From: Promethearchaeota archaeon
GTDB lineage: Archaea; Asgardarchaeota; Lokiarchaeia; Sigyniarchaeales; SOKP01
Direction: 5' to 3'
NCBI GenBank assembly: GCA_004524535.1
Contig: SDNY01000023.1
Location: forward strand, 1 to 38,436
DNA: 38,436 nt
Under the pieces are notes generated by a model that saw nothing but the letters and a program-made list of their open reading frames with translations, was not told the DNA's origin and searched no databases. The position numbers were made by a program, and so were the translations under genes. Every line of letters begins with the position of its first letter. The first letter of the stretch is position 1. This document shows positions 36,977 to 38,436 of this stretch, piece after piece.

Positions 36977-38197
36977 ATGTCTGAAATAGATAAAAATTTA
37001 AAATTTTACAAGCAACCAGTTTTTATAAATCTTTTACTCTTACTTTTCAATACTATTTTTTTTATATTTAAACTAATTTTTGGTATTTTAACAAACAGTT
37101 TAGCAATCCAAGCAGATGCGTTTGACAACATGACTGATATTGTTATCTGTATTACTTCCTTTATTGGGATTTATTTTGCAAAAAAAAAGCCGAATGAAAA
37201 GTTCCCTTATGGATTTTTCAAAATAGAAAATATAATTTCTTTAATAATTTCTTTATTCATTTTTTTCACGGCATATATTATTATTAATCAATCTATTTTA
37301 GATATAATTACTTTCATAAATGGAAATCCAAAAATTGTTGATTTTTCGCTAATAGCTTTTTTTTTTCTAATCATTTCATTGTTAGCTTCCTTAATTTTAG
37401 CATTATATTTGAAATTAATAGCTAAACAAACTAATTCACCGATTATTAAATCAGAAGCACAGGAAAAAATGTTTGATATTTTTATTTCTTTATCTGTACT
37501 TGTTGGATTCATTTTTGTTTTATTAAAAATCTCTATTTTAGATTCAATAATAGGTTTAATTATTGCAATCCTCATAATTAAAGGAGGATATGAGATTTTT
37601 CTTACGTCCACAAAAACATTACTTGATGCTGTTATTGATTTTGATAACAGAACAGAACTTTATAACTTAATTCAAAATACTCCGAAAGTTAAAGAAATTG
37701 AAACTATGGAAATAAGGTCTTATGGCAGGTACATCTTTTTAGAGTTGGAAATCTATTTAAGTAAAAATTTTCCATTATCTCAGATAGATAACTTAAAAAA
37801 TAAGTTAAGTTCCGATATAAAAAAGAAGTTTCCGTCAATATTTAAAATTATAATAATTGTCAAAAGTCAGAAAAAAGAAATTACTATAATTGCTATTCCT
37901 TTAGAAAATAATCGAGGTTTAGATTCGAATCTTTCAAATCATTTTGGAGAAAGTCCCTATTTTGGGATCGTAGAATTTCAAGAAGGAACTCTCTTAAAAT
38001 TTGAGATTATTGTAAATAAATTTGCTCACGAAGAAAAAAGAAAAGGAATATTAGTTTCTGATTGGTTAATCTCTAAAAAAATTGATAAAATTTATTTAAA
38101 AGAACCTCTTAAAAAAGGGCCCTCCTTAATTTTTAATAATAACTTTGTGGATGTTGAGCTCAGTAATTTCAATTATTTAAATGAGATTATTAATTAA
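36977..38197 (+). CDS. Cation diffusion facilitator fused to a C-terminal NifB/NifX domain
   Basis: SLAIQADA, FPYGFFKIE, IRSYGRY dimerisation domain, then IAIPL...SNHFGESPYF. Confidence 0.88.
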   Translation: MSEIDKNLKFYKQPVFINLLLLLFNTIFFIFKLIFGILTNSLAIQADAFDNMTDIVICITSFIGIYFAKKKPNEKFPYGFFKIENIISLIISLFIFFTAYIIINQSILDIITFINGNPKIVDFSLIAFFFLIISLLASLILALYLKLIAKQTNSPIIKSEAQEKMFDIFISLSVLVGFIFVLLKISILDSIIGLIIAILIIKGGYEIFLTSTKTLLDAVIDFDNRTELYNLIQNTPKVKEIETMEIRSYGRYIFLELEIYLSKNFPLSQIDNLKNKLSSDIKKKFPSIFKIIIIVKSQKKEITIIAIPLENNRGLDSNLSNHFGESPYFGIVEFQEGTLLKFEIIVNKFAHEEKRKGILVSDWLISKKIDKIYLKEPLKKGPSLIFNNNFVDVELSNFNYLNEIIN

Positions 38198-38436
38198 GTT
38201 AAAGAACAACTAAAACCTTTATTCTTTTCTATTTTGAGATATCAAAAGTAAATTCAATTATTCCATACTCAATACTTTTTGATATTATTTTTTATTTTTT
38301 TTTTCCTTGTGTATTTTTTTAGACTATAACCTTTTAATGAAATAGTTCATTTAGGATCTTAATTATTAATGGCTATTCACCCATTCATTAACTTGCTCAT
38401 TTCTTAACTTTGGGTAATCCTTATTTAAGGAATAAT

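Noticed and set aside
990-37611. Many antisense or overlapping ORFs in the track (e.g. 990-1214, 8799-9176, 10526-10852, 18538-18981, 19547-19819, 35294-35975, 37288-37611)
   Set aside because: They are shadows of well-supported genes and show no independent motifs.
38198-38436. Possible 3' end of a minus-strand gene at the window edge
   Set aside because: All frames are short and interrupted, with no recognisable motif.

Overview
AT-rich, gene-dense prokaryotic window with archaeal features: TATA-like boxes, oligo-T terminators, GAGGTG ribosome-binding sites, archaeal RibL and LipS1/LipS2. Protein style suggests an anaerobic Asgard (Lokiarchaeia-like) genome, but that is inference only. The left half (1-19135) is cofactor and housekeeping metabolism: queC (3' end), queD, queE, mobA, a PurF lacking its catalytic Cys, hisH, two tandem hisF, hypF/hypE/hypD interrupted by an MntA-HepT toxin-antitoxin pair, a lipoate-assembly operon (extra radical SAM, lipS2, Lpl/LipM, lipS1) and an ABC exporter. 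After a response-regulator remnant, the right half (~19.4-38.2 kb) is a metal/Fe-S island: two DUF5320, feoB with two feoA, a DtxR/MntR regulator, two Mrp(ApbC)-IscU modules in inverted orientation, three NifB/NifX (orange-protein-like) domains, two ferredoxin-containing MinD ATPases, a DUF134 regulator, a polyferredoxin and a CDF-NifX fusion. The most striking non-genic signal is a 14-bp palindrome, TGAATAATTATTCA (at most 1 mismatch). I found it eight times in five intergenic regions of the island, in three cases as pairs 60-62 bp apart. It defines a candidate regulon, plausibly controlled by the DUF134 protein.
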